From Malacoraja senta (lineage: Eukaryota): a DNA stretch of 64,000 bases. A model generated the notes under the pieces. That model was not told the origin of the DNA. It saw nothing but the letters and a program-made list of their open reading frames with translations, and did not search any database. Shown piece by piece: positions 25,400-38,155 of this stretch (its first letter is position 1; each line of letters starts with the position of its first letter). The stretch spans positions 24,864,001 to 24,928,000 of the forward strand of contig CM075988.1 in NCBI GenBank assembly GCA_038087875.1, read 5' to 3'. The translations under genes and the position numbers were made by a program.

Positions 25400-25900
25400 C
25401 ACATTAACAATAGATCATTTCCATTGTGATAGCGCACTTCATTGATGCCGGTGAGAAAGACATTATTCCCTTGCAGTGTTTGGCAGATATGGACAATAAA
25501 TGGTCTGCCAAATATTTTCCCGCAGAGTGTAGTGATGTCTTAAAGGAGGCAGCCGCCTTATCTGAGGTCATCAAGGTTAAAGGCAAGTGACCTCTCCTTT
25601 TTTTTAGCCATAATGTTTATTCATATGAAGCACTCTGATAATCAGCTGAATGTCTAGGTCAAAGCAAGGTTACGATTCATAAATATTAAAGAGGTGGCAT
25701 TAATTTGCATTAGTTTTTAAGGAGCTATTACATTTTTATTTCAAAGTTCTATGATGGCTTTTTTTTAAAAACAAATCTCAATATTTTCCCTTTTGCTATC
25801 CAAAATAAGCTGACAGACTGGTGATGAATTTAAAAAGCTTATTCCTACCAATTTATTTATTCAGTATATTTTATGGCTTATTTTGTAATTTATCCAACTT
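25400..25900. promoter_or_regulatory. CNE-like block
   Basis: AACAAT, CATTGT, taATTTGCAT octamer (~25704), TGACAG; no repeats. Confidence 0.3.
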
Positions 25901-27267
25901 TCCCTTTAACCACTCTTAACTAATTTCTCTCTTCTGCAGCTATTGAAATGTGCGGGGCAAATTCTTACTTGCATTTTATTCCCTTTAGAAGTCTCAGACC
26001 ATATGTTTCCTGGATGATGAGGGGTGGGAGAACAATCAGCTTTGAAAAAACATTAAAATAAAACTTGCATTCTTGTGGTGCTTTTAACAGAACAAAACGT
26101 TCTAAATTCCTTCACGGTAGCAATTACCAAACAAAATTTGACAGCTGAGGTGCATATTAGGTCCGGCAACCAAGAGCTTGATTAAAGAGATATGTTTTAA
26201 GGAGCATCTTACTGGAAGATGCAGAGAGAGATACAGAAGGATTTAGAGACAGAATTCTTGAGCTCAATGCTAAGGCAGTTAAAATCACAGTTGCTATTGG
26301 CAGAGGTACAGGAATGGGAGGATATGCGACAGGCTAGAGTCTGGGGAACGCAGCGATCTCTTGAATCTTGAATCTTGATCTTGAGAGAGTTGCAGAGCCA
26401 GAGAAGATTCTAGAAAGATGGAGGGGCGAAGCCAATTTGAGATTTCAAAGCAAGGAGGAGAAGTTCACAATGGAATCATTGCTGGACTGGAAGCAATACA
26501 GGTGAAAGGGATTCCATCCTAGTCAGGATTTGGTCAACAGAATGTTGACTTTGAGTTGAACCTGAGTGTGTACAGCCAGATGTATTCGTCCACCAGGGAC
26601 CAGGCATTGAGGCCAATCTTAATGCCTGAGTTGCTACTCCAACAGTAACTAATGGTTTTGCCAAGATGGCATCAGAGCGTGGTGACTCTATGCGTGCCGA
26701 TTGCACAGGAGGATCTACTAGCATCCGATACAATTACCCTATTCTTTTAAATCTCCATTCCACCTGTAAATCTAAACTACAATGCTGAGAACTATATTTT
26801 CCACTCTGTATCTCTCCCTTTCACTCCACCTATTGTATTTGAGTTTGGCTTGATTGGATTTATGTGTGGTATTATCTGATTGAATAGCATGTAAAACAAA
26901 GCTTTTTGCTTATCTTGGTACACATGACAATAATACACATAAACCTACATCAAACTCAGCAGAGCACAGGAATTGAACCTGATTTATTTGCTTGCAATAC
27001 TGTGGCAGAAACGTGAGCACGGCCATGCACTGTGAAATCTTTGGACATGATATCAGATGTTGCCCGATGAGAGATGAGCAGGTGCAGCCAGTCCAATTCC
27101 CAATCCCTTGCTCTCCCATATTCCCATTTGTCCATTCTATTTGTTGCAACTAATCTGCCCACCTCACTGTCCCCTCACTCTCCATCTTATGACCCCTATC
27201 ACAGTCGAGAACAGGAGATGACCATATTTGGAACTGATGAGAATAACTATATCTAATGAACTAATGT

Positions 27268-27428
27268 TTAGAAACATAGATTATAGGTGCAGTAGTAGGC
27301 CACTCGGCCCTTTGAGCCAGCACCGCCATTCAATATGATCATGGCTGATCATCCAAAATCAGTACCCCGTTCTGGCTTTTTCCCCTTATCCCTTGATTCC
27401 CTTAGCCCTAAGAGCTAAATCTAACTCT
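27268..27428 (-). mobile_element. CR1/HER1 3' end
   Basis: Reverse complement of the CR1 tail (ccgccattcaatatgatcatggctgatc). Confidence 0.8.
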
Positions 27429-27664
27429 GCATGTGTAAGAAGGGACTGCAGATGCTGGTTTAGTATGTAAAGTGCTGGTTGCTCCTGATAACATGAAAGA
27501 CCATTCAGCCCCGCTGTTCTCTGAGTTATTCATGCCTCGTATAAACCTTCCCCCATTTTACTATAGCTTATATATTCCTTTCTTTGCCAAAAGTCCTCTC
27601 ACTTTCATCCCCTCCCTGTTATTTCACATTCTCACCATTCCTGGGGTAAATATACTTCTCCTTC

Positions 27665-28150
27665 TTTAGTTTAGTTTAGTTTATTGTCACGTGTACCAAG
27701 GTGCAGTGAAAAACTTTTGTTGCGTGCTAACCAGACAGTGGAAAGACAATACATGATCACAATTAATCCAAGTGTACAGATACATGATGAAAGGAATAAC
27801 GTTTAGTGCAAGATGAAATCCTGTAAAGTCCGATTAAAGATTGTCCGTGGTGTCCAATGAGGTAGATAGTAGCTCAGGACTGCTCTCGAGTTATTGGTAG
27901 AATGGTTCGGTTGCCTGATAACAGCTGGGAAGAACGTGTTCCTGAATCTGGAGGTGTGTGTTTTCACACTTCAATACCCCTTGCCTGGCAGTGGTGCGAC
28001 TCGTCCTTGATTATGTTGCTGGCCTTGCGGAGGCAGCGTGAGGTGTGAATGGAAGGGAGGTTGGGTTGTGTGTTGGTCTGGGTTGCACCACAATTCTCTG
28101 CAATTTCTTGTGGTCTTGGATGGAGCTCTTTCCCAAACCATGCTGTACCC
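27665..28150 (-). mobile_element. Rex1/Babar LINE 3' fragment
   Basis: SRCLRKASNIIKDESH; same family as 864-1312. Confidence 0.8.
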
Positions 28151-28429
28151 CTTATTACATTCATCAGTGGCTATCTTGTATGTGTGGCCACATGTTTTGG
28201 ACTATTTCATAAAAATGTTAACTAAAATGTTTTCTACCTCATGATTCAGAGCCTTACTCCATGCAGAGATGCCTCGTGGATAAGTGGATCTTTCAAATAG
28301 TTTCCCGTTACCAAGACAAAGGTTACTTGACTCAAATATTAAAGATCAGAATCTCAAATTTTTAGTACATCCAATAGGTGCAGTGGATGGGCTGTCACTG
28401 ATCATCCTTTTGCTGGTGGGTCTTACTGA

Positions 28430-28759
28430 TGAAACGTTCCCGATGCTGGGGGAGTCCAGAACCAGGGGCCACAGTTTAAGAATAAGGGGTAATCCATTTA
28501 GAACGGAGACGAGGAAACACTTTTTCACACAGAGAGTTGTGAGTCTGTGGAATTCTCTGCCTCAGAGGGCGGTGGAGGCCGGTTCTCTGGATACTTTCAA
28601 GAGAGAGCTAGATAGGGCTCTTAAAAATAGCAGAGTCAGGGGATATGGGGAGAAGGCAGGAACGGGGTACTGATTGGGGATGATCAGCCATGATCACATT
28701 GAATGGCGGTGCTGGCTCGAAGGGCCGAATGGCCTACTCCTGCACCTATTGTCTATTGT
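28430..28759 (+). mobile_element. CR1/HER1 LINE 3' end
   Basis: SRTRGHSLRIRG..FFTQRVVSLWNSLPQRAVEAGSLDTFKRELD. Confidence 0.9.
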
Positions 28760-29629
28760 TTAGGAATATACAAGGCTTGAAAGATAATGAACACATATTG
28801 CAACTTTTGTAATTGAAAATGTGCCAAGACTGAAGTCATGTCGAGGATTTGGCGAAGTGGTAATGTGAGAGAGATTGGAACCAAGGAATCAGGCAAAAAT
28901 GTGAACGATAAAGATCGGGGTTTGAGAATCAGTGGCAGGGATTGGTGGAGGGTTGGGAGGGGGAGAAGGGGACATGCACCAAAAGTGTCCGGCCAGATCA
29001 CCAGCGTGGTTGTTAAGGCGGACTGGAAACGGTCTTTTCACTGTGGAAAACACGGATTTTCAATCACAAGGCATGAGGAGAAACTATTAAAGTGCGATGT
29101 GATTATATTTCTCCGAGTTTGTCCATGCATGCTAAACCCTGTACTCTTCCAGTTGTTTGATACAATGTTCCATGTATTTCACATTGATGCTTTGATGCAG
29201 AAGTCTCCAATGCCGATTTAGTTTTTGGGGAGATCGATGCCCAGTCTTCATAGACCCCTTCCCTGAAACAACATGAGCCGTTTCACAGTAATTATTTTCT
29301 ATCCTTCCATTTCATAGTTTACATGTGGAGAAGGAGGCTATGTGGGCCAAAGGGAGGCCATTCAGCCCATCGTGTCGATGTTGGGGCTTCCAAATTGTGA
29401 TCCAATTGCGATCCTGATTCGCACTTTTTCCCCACAGACCTGCAAACGTTTTTGTTACTGAATACATATGCCATTTTAATTTGAAAGTTATCATTGAATC
29501 GGCTCCTGCTGCTATTCTAGATAGTTCACTCTGGAGCACCTGGGACAGGCGGGGGGGGGGGGCCATAACCAGAGGATATAATGGGGGTCGCTGTGGGGAG
29601 TGTGGGGGTTAGAGCCTAATGGCAAGAGG

Positions 29630-30780
29630 GAAGGGTCATCTGTCAGACAATGGTTTATCTTGCGTCCTGTCCAGGAGCACGACAGCGTTGCAAAGGGTTT
29701 TGTTGTTGTTGAAAATACCTGGGTGAAAGGCCAAGGTTCAGAGAGCAGGACATCGCCACAGCTGAAAAGAATAAGCGAAAGATAAATCAGGAGGTAAAGC
29801 CGACGCAAAGCTTGGGTTTTAAGCGCCTGAAGGAGGCTCGAGTAATGAAAGCCAAGGAGCTCCACATTCTGGATCCCTGGAAAGAATGCCATTGACAGTT
29901 AGTGCGGGGTGTTTCTTTACTTTGATACGGGAATGTTCTGATGGCCCTTAAAGGGTTAACGTCGAACCCGTCGTGAAACCTAAGCGCCTGCAAAAAAAAA
30001 GGGAAGAAACCATCGTGAAGGTTAGCGAGGGAGAGTGAATCACAGGAGTGAAGAGGATAACAAGCACAGAAGAGGCTAAACGGGTGGCAGCTCTTTGGTG
30101 TTTGCCTTGACATCACGGCCCCACGTCTGACCTGCTGTGCTTGTGGCAGTGTCCGGAGCATTACAAGCCATTTACTGCTGTGAACTGATGTTTACATGCC
30201 TGACTTATCACAGAGCATGCTTAACGGACAGGACACACAGCTACTCCAATGGGGGGAAAAAAGCACGTCAGGAAATAAATTTGGGATTAGGGACTGAGGC
30301 CGTAAAATAGAAGAGAGCTGTTACAGTTTTTATTATTTACTTTCACAGGAAGAGTAAGGTAAGAAACAGCCTTTAAATTTCCAAAAAGCAATGTTCATAC
30401 AAGCAATTTCACCTTGTTTCAGAAATACATGTGCCAGATTTCACTGCACGCTGTGATCTTTTTCTCTGTCATTGCCACAATTGGGGGTAAAACCCTCGGT
30501 CGCTGGTGTTAAATCAGTCTCTCGCTCTACCTCTCAGCATTTTGTCTGTAATTTGGTGTCCCCGTTGATTTGACATTGTCCTTTCTGGATCTGTGATTTG
30601 GCTTTGAGCCCAGCCTCGGATGAAAGTGTCGGAGTTTCCCGCTTATGCGTTACCGGCTGTGAAGGGCCCACAAGCGTAGTTTGAGACAGGCGCAACCCCT
30701 AGCGTTCACAGTTCAAAGCAACCCGCATCGTAGCTTTCACTGGTCCGAGCCGCAGAGAAAAACAGCTTGTTTGTACCGGT
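29630..30780. promoter_or_regulatory. CpG-enriched unique region (promoter/enhancer-like)
   Basis: Visibly more CpG than flanks, TGACAG, AGGGTTAA, CACGTC motifs, strong donor AAG|gtaaga after 30358. Confidence 0.35.
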
Positions 30781-32775
30781 ATAGTATCGGGCCCCTTGTG
30801 TTCACTTGTTCTCACTTTCTCTCTGAGTAATGCAAATTCAGTGCCAAATAGTGTTAAGTAGGGGCATGTCTCTTTGAATGAGCTACGACTGTAAAAGCTG
30901 GTCCCATATACATGCAATGTTCAAACATGTGTACTTTGCAGGTTGTATAGGTGTGTACCATGACATACTGGCAGACCACAAGCAAAGTTTAAATCCCTCT
31001 TCCCCTTCATTTCCATGTATTCCAAGTTCCTGCTGCCAACATTTTGTAATTAAGAGAATGGAAACAGCGATAACAACTCCTTCTCATCCGCGTGGAATTC
31101 AGATAACACTGCAAACACCATAAGGAACATAGTTGCCTGGGTTCCAAGACACCGCATGTTATGGTTCACAGGCTCGGAGACATAACAGACAAAAGAGGCT
31201 TTGGTCACCCGTTACCCCAGGGTGGAAACAGACGTCGAGCCCCAGAGGTGAAAGGGTAGCATGCAGATTGTTGTTAACTCTCTGATTTAATCGTGAGAAT
31301 TTGTAGCCATTTTAAGGATTCTCCTTGAGATGATTTGGATTGCAATTTAACTTGAAACATAAATGAAAAATGGGCAAGTTAGCATCGGGTGCTATTACAT
31401 GCTGTGTCAAAAATTCCGTTTGTTTTCAAGGCATTTTAAGTGAAGATTAGACCGGACATACAGTAGGTGTGTAAAAAGAATACTGCCTGTGTTTTTGTTA
31501 AAATCTGCACAAAGTTAATTTTTTCCCCATGATCTTCCAATTATATCATTTAGAATCAATTCCCAAACTCACCAGAGCTCTCACTGAATGAAGATTGTGA
31601 ACACGACTAGTGAGTGAATCCAATCATGACTATTTATATAAATGTCGAACGAGGGATATTCTCGGTGGCAAAGCAAGCTGCAAAATGGTGGACAAATGGC
31701 CCGACTAACTTAATGGGGAAGATCAGTGTCCAGTTCCGCAGTGATCTCCACAGATCAGAAAGGGTCTGAAAAATAATGTGATGCTAAGTAAATAGTCTTG
31801 CTGCTCCTCAGATAGAAAGTGGGTAAATTCAGTCAGATTTCATATGCCAGAAAGCTAATGTTGTAATGTTGGCTTAAAAATAAATCTCTGGGAGTATGGT
31901 AGCATCTGTATGCAGAAATGTACATCCGATGAGGGCAGAATTATACCCAACTGTGAGGCCAAATGTAGTGCACTACACTACACTACACCATCTGGACCTG
32001 AAGACTAGCCATTTTCCAGTGACACGCAAAGCATTTCTCAGACTTCATCAGGAGAGAGAGGTGAAGAATAAGTTGGGGATAATGCAGCTGATAAACAGCG
32101 CAGCATTGTTGCATAGTCTATTGTCTATTGTTCCACACTGATCACAATTTCTCTCTTTAAAGAAAGACATATAATGCTGAAGTAACTCAGTGGGTCAGGC
32201 TGCATTTCTGGAGAACATGGATAGGTGATGTTTCAAGTCAGAACTCTTCTTCAGACTGAGAATTCTCTCAATGTCTCTCTCACTTGGCTGGTTCAGGAGA
32301 TGTCAGGGGGATCCCTCAAAGAAAACAATTCTGGGGAGACATCAGGAGATCCATGTTGAAATATTTCACTGTACTGTTAAAGCATATTGCATGTCACAGT
32401 TCTAAATCATTTTACTGTAGCTAAAAAAAATACACTTTTCATTGTCCATAAATGACTTTTGTTGAAAGTCATATCTTTGACTGTTTGGAATGGGGTTTTT
32501 AAGATATTTTCCTTGCTGTCCCTCTACACCTGATCTACCCACATGTGAACTGTTCGCCCTATTTACATGTTCCGCAGTCCCCCTCAGTTCAGGCTATAAA
32601 TTCCAACATTTAATAACTAGAACTCTCCACCCTCATCTATACAGGATTAACAACCCCAGAGCCTGCAAAAGGTGAGGATTCTGCTGGCTGCGAATTCCCC
32701 AGAAGCAATGTCTCTGGGTATTGGAAACTTTTACATTTTTTTACATTTCTTATAAACATATTTATTTTAGTTTAG

Positions 32776-32869
32776 ATAGACACAAAATGCTGGAGTAACT
32801 CAGCGGGACAGGCAGCATCTCTGGAGAGAAGGAATGGGTGACGTTTCGGGTCGAGACCCTTCCTCAGAC
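32776..32869 (-). mobile_element. PLE subfamily A with intact hammerhead core
   Basis: Minus strand CUGAGGA A GGGU CUCG ACCC GAAA CGUC (32840-32867). Confidence 0.8.
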
Positions 32870-32970
32870 TTTAGATTAGAGATTTGTTCGTTTTGTTAGT
32901 TGTAGATACACTGGAACTGAAGTGGAGGGGCAGGAATGAGGAGCGGGCTTCTACGGAATAACCAAAAAGA

Positions 32971-33066
32971 AGGTAGACAAAAGTGCTGTAAAACTCAGCG
33001 GGTGCAGCAGCATCTATGGAGCAAAGGAAATAGGCAACGTTTCGGGCCGAAACCCTTCTTCAGACT
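32971..33066 (-). mobile_element. PLE subfamily B with intact hammerhead core
   Basis: Minus strand CUGAAGA A GGGU UUCG GCCC GAAA CGUU (33036-33063); TSD-like caaaaagaa. Confidence 0.8.
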
Positions 33067-33359
33067 GGTAAACAAAAAGAATATGTCCAACCTAAGTCGG
33101 CAATCATACCCGTACATTAAATCATGCTCTGAACATTTGCATGGACCCTTGAACTCAAGGAAGGAGATGTCATGGTGTTGTTAACCTGGGGGGCACTGTC
33201 GATCAGTGGTAGTGGAACTTGTCCCACTTTCAAATGAGCTGGAGTTTCCGGACATGTTTCTAATCACAGTGCAATGGGTAAACATGAAGCAGACAAAAAC
33301 CCGATGAAGGTGTTTACATTGAAGGTACACACACAAGAATTTGAATGTTGGCATGTGTG

Positions 33360-33396
<37 letters not shown>

Positions 33397-33985
33397 ATTC
33401 TGAACCACCTCATAAACTAGTAAATGATGGTGTGCCTTTAGCTGAAGCTGTTACTGCACTATCTTAGCAGGGAAGCTTTCTTTACTTAGGCTATTGTCAC
33501 CCAACAAAGGCTCTATGTTGTCTGCAACTGTGTGGGCTTTTTTAAATGCAAAGCAATAAATCTCTGTTGACAGACACTTGCTGCTTAGGGCTTTTTTGTC
33601 TGCCTTGATTTTAAAACCCTTCTCCTAGTCTGTAGATACCTTCCTAGCCTCACTGCCTCTCAGTCCTTTCAATCTATCTCTCGGTTTGTAAACTCAGTTC
33701 CTGGGATGCACCGCCAGGCCTCCTGTTTGCTGTGCTGTGGCAGATGTACTGTCAACAGAGTTACAAAATACTTGATCTTGAATCCCTAGCTCCTCCAGTG
33801 ACTTGCCACATTTAACCCAAGCTTTTTCCAACAGCCTCTATTTCTTTTATCTCCCCGATTCTAACTGCTGTTTCATTTCCTGTCCACCCATCTCTCCTCT
33901 ACTTTTAAATGTCCCAGTTCAGAAAAGCCCAGCAAAATGTTTTGACACTTAATAAGTGGATGTAATGATCATTAATTAGTGAAAG

Positions 33986-34108
33986 GTACACAAAAATGCT
34001 GGAGAAACTCAGCGGGTGCAGCAGCATCAATGGAGCGAAGGAGATAGGCAACGTTTCGGGCCGAAACCCTTCTTCAGACTCTTTTCGGGCCGAAACCCTT
34101 CTTCAGAC
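33986..34108 (-). mobile_element. PLE subfamily B with duplicated ribozyme core
   Basis: tttcgggccgaaacccttcttcagac twice; TSD aattagtgaaag at 33974-33985 and 34109-34120. Confidence 0.8.
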
Positions 34109-34265
34109 AATTAGTGAAAGATCATTTGATGCTGGAAACAGACATTTGGTCTTGTTGTTAGAATGAATTGTTCATGAAATCATCCTGGCCTTCACATAAT
34201 GGAGTATTCTCAGCACCAAGAGAACGTTTAGGAGAGATAATTTAAGAAAATGGACAATAAGTGTA

Positions 34266-34490
34266 TTTTAGTATAGAGATACAGCGTAGAAATAGGCCCT
34301 TCTTCCCACCGAGTCCATGCTGACCATTGATCACCCATACACTAGTTCTATCTTACACACTGGGGACAATTTACAGAAGTCAATTAACCTACAAACCTGC
34401 ATGTCTTTGGAATGTGGGAGGAAACGGAGCACCGGGAAAAAAACCACGCAGTCACAGGGAGAATGTACATACTCCGTACAGACAGGAACC
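34266..34490 (-). mobile_element. HE1/V-SINE
   Basis: Reverse complement of V domain and CR1-like tail. Confidence 0.8.
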
Positions 34491-35197
34491 GGAGTTATAG
34501 AAGGAGCAATTAGACAGGTGGAACAAGAACTTTGCAGGATGCTCAAATTGTATGCAGAGTCTTGGAGGAAGATGAAGAAGAGGTAATGAGGTGGAGGTGG
34601 AATTGCAAAGGGTGAGCTGCAGGTAACTGATGGGATAGATGTCAGTGGGTGTAGATACAAAGGAGGACAAGGTTTAGTTGCAATCCGTAATATGAGTTGA
34701 TCACAGCCCAGAAATAGGGACCTTAAATTCGGGAAGAGGAAACCTCACACCTATCCCTGTTCTCCAGCACTTTGTGTCGGTTGCTGTAAACCTGCATCTG
34801 CAGTTCCTTGCACCTTCTCCAAAACTCTTGATAGTTTTAAGTCTATTGTTCGCCACTATGCTTCATGGAGTGAATTCCAAATGGGAGCTTCATCGGGTAT
34901 CGGTACTGGCGGAACTGTTCTGGCATTTCTGGTGCTTTCTGGATCCTTGTATCCAAAATACAAGACCAATTTACTTTTCTTTATATATTATTCTTCTTTT
35001 CCTCAATGCCAGCGATTAAAAGGAACACAAAAGTACATTTCAAGGAATAATAAGACATTTCTCATTAAAGTTCTAGATGATTTTCTCACTGTTCTCGTTT
35101 TCTTTCAGTAGTACACAACAGATATTATGTCAACTAATTTAATTCTTTTTGCATCTCCAATTCCAGTCCTGCCATGAGAAAAACAATGGCAATTTGG

Positions 35198-35548
35198 CTG
35201 AGACAGAGTGGAGGTGGAGAGGATGTTTCCACTAGTGGGAGAGTCTAGGCCAGAGGGTACAGCCTCAAAATAAAAGGACGTACCTTTTGAATGGAGATGG
35301 GCGAATTTCTTTCGCCATAGGCTGGTGAATCTCTGAAATTCATTGCCACAGATCAGACAGATGGCAGTGGAGACCAAGTCATTGGGTATTTTTAAAGCAG
35401 AGATTGTCTTGATTAGAAAGGGCATCAAAGGTTATGGGGAGAGAATGCAGGAGAATGGGGTTGAGAAGGAAAAATAGATCAGCCATGATTGAATAGCAGC
35501 GCAGACCAAATCGGATGGTTGGCCTAATTCTGCTTCTGTGTCTTATGG
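35198..35548 (+). mobile_element. CR1 3' fragment
   Basis: ggatgtttccactagtgggagagtctagg...gatcagccatgattgaat. Confidence 0.75.
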
Positions 35549-35790
35549 TATAACTCTCCTGTGGGGGGATGCTGGATATAAGTAGACAGATAAACTGGTC
35601 ACTGTGGAACACAGCATCTGGTCCATGCACGGAACATCGTGATTGAATACATCCCTTTTCCCTCTCACCCTCATCTGACACATCTCCCAACGCAAGCCCT
35701 GTCCACTATCTATTAATCACCAGGGTGAGGTAAAAACATAAAAAACAATGAAAGGGGAAAATAGACCAGAAAATTTCTCTCACCTTCAGA

Positions 35791-36103
35791 TGGCATGGTG
35801 GCGCAGTGGTAGAGTTGCTGCTTTACAGCGCCAGAGACCCAGGTTCGATCCCGACTATGGGTGATGTCTGTATCTTTGGAGTTTGTACGTTCTCCCGGTG
35901 ACACTGTGGGTTTTCTCCGAGATCTTCGGTTTCCTTCCAAACTCCAAAGATGTACAGGTTTGTAGGTTAATTGGCTTGGTTTGAACGTAATAATTGTCCC
36001 CAGTGTGTGTAGGGTAGTGTTAGTGTGCGGGGATCGCTGGTTGGTGTGGACTCGGTGGGCCGAAGGGCCTGTTTCCATGCTGTATCTATAAACTAAACTA
36101 AAC
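35791..36103 (+). mobile_element. Full-length HE1/V-SINE (tRNA-derived)
   Basis: A box tggcgcagtgg, B box ggttcgatccc, V domain, CR1-like tail, (ctaaa)n end. Confidence 0.9.
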
Positions 36104-36353
36104 CTGATTGAAATGAGCACAGAATAGAAGGGATTGTTAGTTCATGTCCTGACCATCTTTTTCAGACTGGCGTTTGACAGTAAGTATGGACTTTGGCTCA
36201 ACCTCTGAAAGGACAGTAGGCATGGCGTCACGGGCTGGTATTAACCCTTTATGCTGGTTGATTCTCCAGGATTCCATTTGCAACCTATAATGATTGACAT
36301 GAATTGCATGAATAATGAATGCAGTGTTGGTAATCGGGCAGCACAAGCTGAAA

Positions 36354-36861
36354 ATACATAGAAACATAGAAAATAGGTGCAGGAGTAGGCCATTTGGCCC
36401 TTCTAGCCTGCACCGCCATTCAATATGATCATGGCTGATCATCCAACTCAGTATCCTGTACCTGCCTTCGCTCCATACCCCCTGATCCCTTTAGCCACAT
36501 GGGCCACATCTAACTCCCTCTTAAATATAGCCAATGAACTGGCCTCAACTACTTTCTGATGCAGAGAATTCCACAGATTCACCACTCTCTGTGTGAAAAA
36601 AAAAAATCCTCATCTCGGTCCTAAAAGACTTCCCCCTTATCCTTAAACTGTGACCCCTTGTTCTGAACTTCCCCAACATCGGGAACAATCTTCCTGCATC
36701 TAGCCTGTCCAACCTCTTAAGAATTTTGTAAGTTTCTATAAGATCCCCCCTCAATCTTCTAAATTCTAGCGAGTACAAGCCGAGTCTATCCAGTCTTTCT
36801 TCATATGAAAGTCACCCCATCCCAGGAATCTGTCTGGTGAACCTTCTCTGTACTCCCTCTG
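36354..36861 (-). mobile_element. CR1/HER1 LINE 3' end
   Basis: LYSLEFRRLRGDLIETYKIL..RTRGHSLRIRG. Confidence 0.9.
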
Positions 36862-36875
36862 TACTCGCTCATTTA

Positions 36876-37000
36876 AGATAGTCACAAAGTGCTGGAGTAA
36901 CTCAGCAGGTCAGCCTCGAAGAAGGGTCCCAATCCGAAACATCACCCATCCTGAGATGCTGCCTGACCCGCTGAGTTACTCCAGCACTTTGTGTCTATTT
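36876..37000. mobile_element. PLE inverted pair
   Basis: gctggagtaactcagc...gctgagttactccagc. Confidence 0.7.
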
Positions 37001-37719
37001 TCGGTTCCACAGTCAGCAACCGAGGACAGGATCAAACCTGGGTCCCTGGTGCTGTTAGGCAGCAGGTCTTCCAGCTCTGCCACTGTGCTGCCTTTGATAC
37101 GGGTGCACAAAGGGTTAAAGGGAACATGTTCCAGTTGCGGAGGAACCTGTAACCAAAATAATTAACGGAATTGGCAGGATAACCAGAAATGACAGGAGGA
37201 AGTGCATTTTTATGCATAAGGTGTGACTTGCAATGCCTCAAAACGTAATGGAAACAGATTCAATAACAGCATTGAGCAGACCCTTGTATCTACTGTGCTT
37301 TTGAAGGGGGGTAAATGCAGATCTGTGGGGAAAAGGAATTAAGTATATTACAGGACCAAATTATTCCTTTCTGTGGTATGTCATTCATGATCCAATGTAT
37401 ACTCTGTATCATGTACATAGTTTGTATACTGCTTGTGTAATCTGTAACTTGCCCTTTTAACACAGCCTATCTCTTTAGATTTCACTGACGAGCTATTTTC
37501 CATTCCCACAGATACGTGTTTTTCATTTATTTTTGTCCCTCTTGCACCTGGGCAGTGGGTAATGATTTCCAGGAAATCTGAATGCTGTCAGTGCACTGCC
37601 ATCCAGAAAGGATTAGCAATACCTTGTGACCTTTTAGACTTGAATAACAGCATTAGAAGGAAATTGTTCCCTGATAAATTTGCCAGATGATTTTCACCCA
37701 TAAACTGCTTCATCAAATT

Positions 37720-38155
37720 CATGTGTAGGAAAGAACTGCAGATGCTGGTTTAAATCAAAGGTAGACACTAAATGCTGGAGTAACTCAGCGGGACAGGCAG
37801 CGTCTCCTGAGAGAGAGAAGGTCTGAAGAAGGGTCTCGACCCGAAACGTCACCCATTCCTTCTCTCCAGAGATGCTGCCTGTCCCGCTGAGTTGCTCCAG
37901 CATTTTGTGTCTACCTTCATCAAATTAAGTCTGAAGAAAGGTCTCCACCCGAAGCGTCACCCATTCCTTCTCTCCAGAGATGCTGCCTGTCCCGCTGAGA
38001 TACTCCAGCATTCTGTGTCTACCTTCATCAAATTAAGTCTGAAGAAGGGTCTCCACCTGAAACGTTACCTATTCCTTCTCTCCAGAGATGCTGCCTTGCC
38101 CGTTGAGTTACTCCAGCGTTTTTAATTTATCTTCGCTGTAAACCAGTTCCTTCTT
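37720..38155. mobile_element. PLE inverted copy plus three tandem ribozyme-bearing units (~108-bp period)
   Basis: Cores at 37823, ~37931, ~38039; cttcatcaaatt at 37708, 37915, 38023. Confidence 0.85.

Noticed and set aside
29532..29552. RE1/NRSE-like AGCACCtgGGACAG
   Set aside because: Left TTC and right CGCC flanks mismatch; too weak without ChIP data
35791..35870. tRNA-like A and B boxes
   Set aside because: SINE head continuing into V domain, not a tRNA gene
37820..38130. Repeat-spacer pattern suggesting a CRISPR array
   Set aside because: Eukaryotic context, identical spacers, units are PLE repeats, no cas genes
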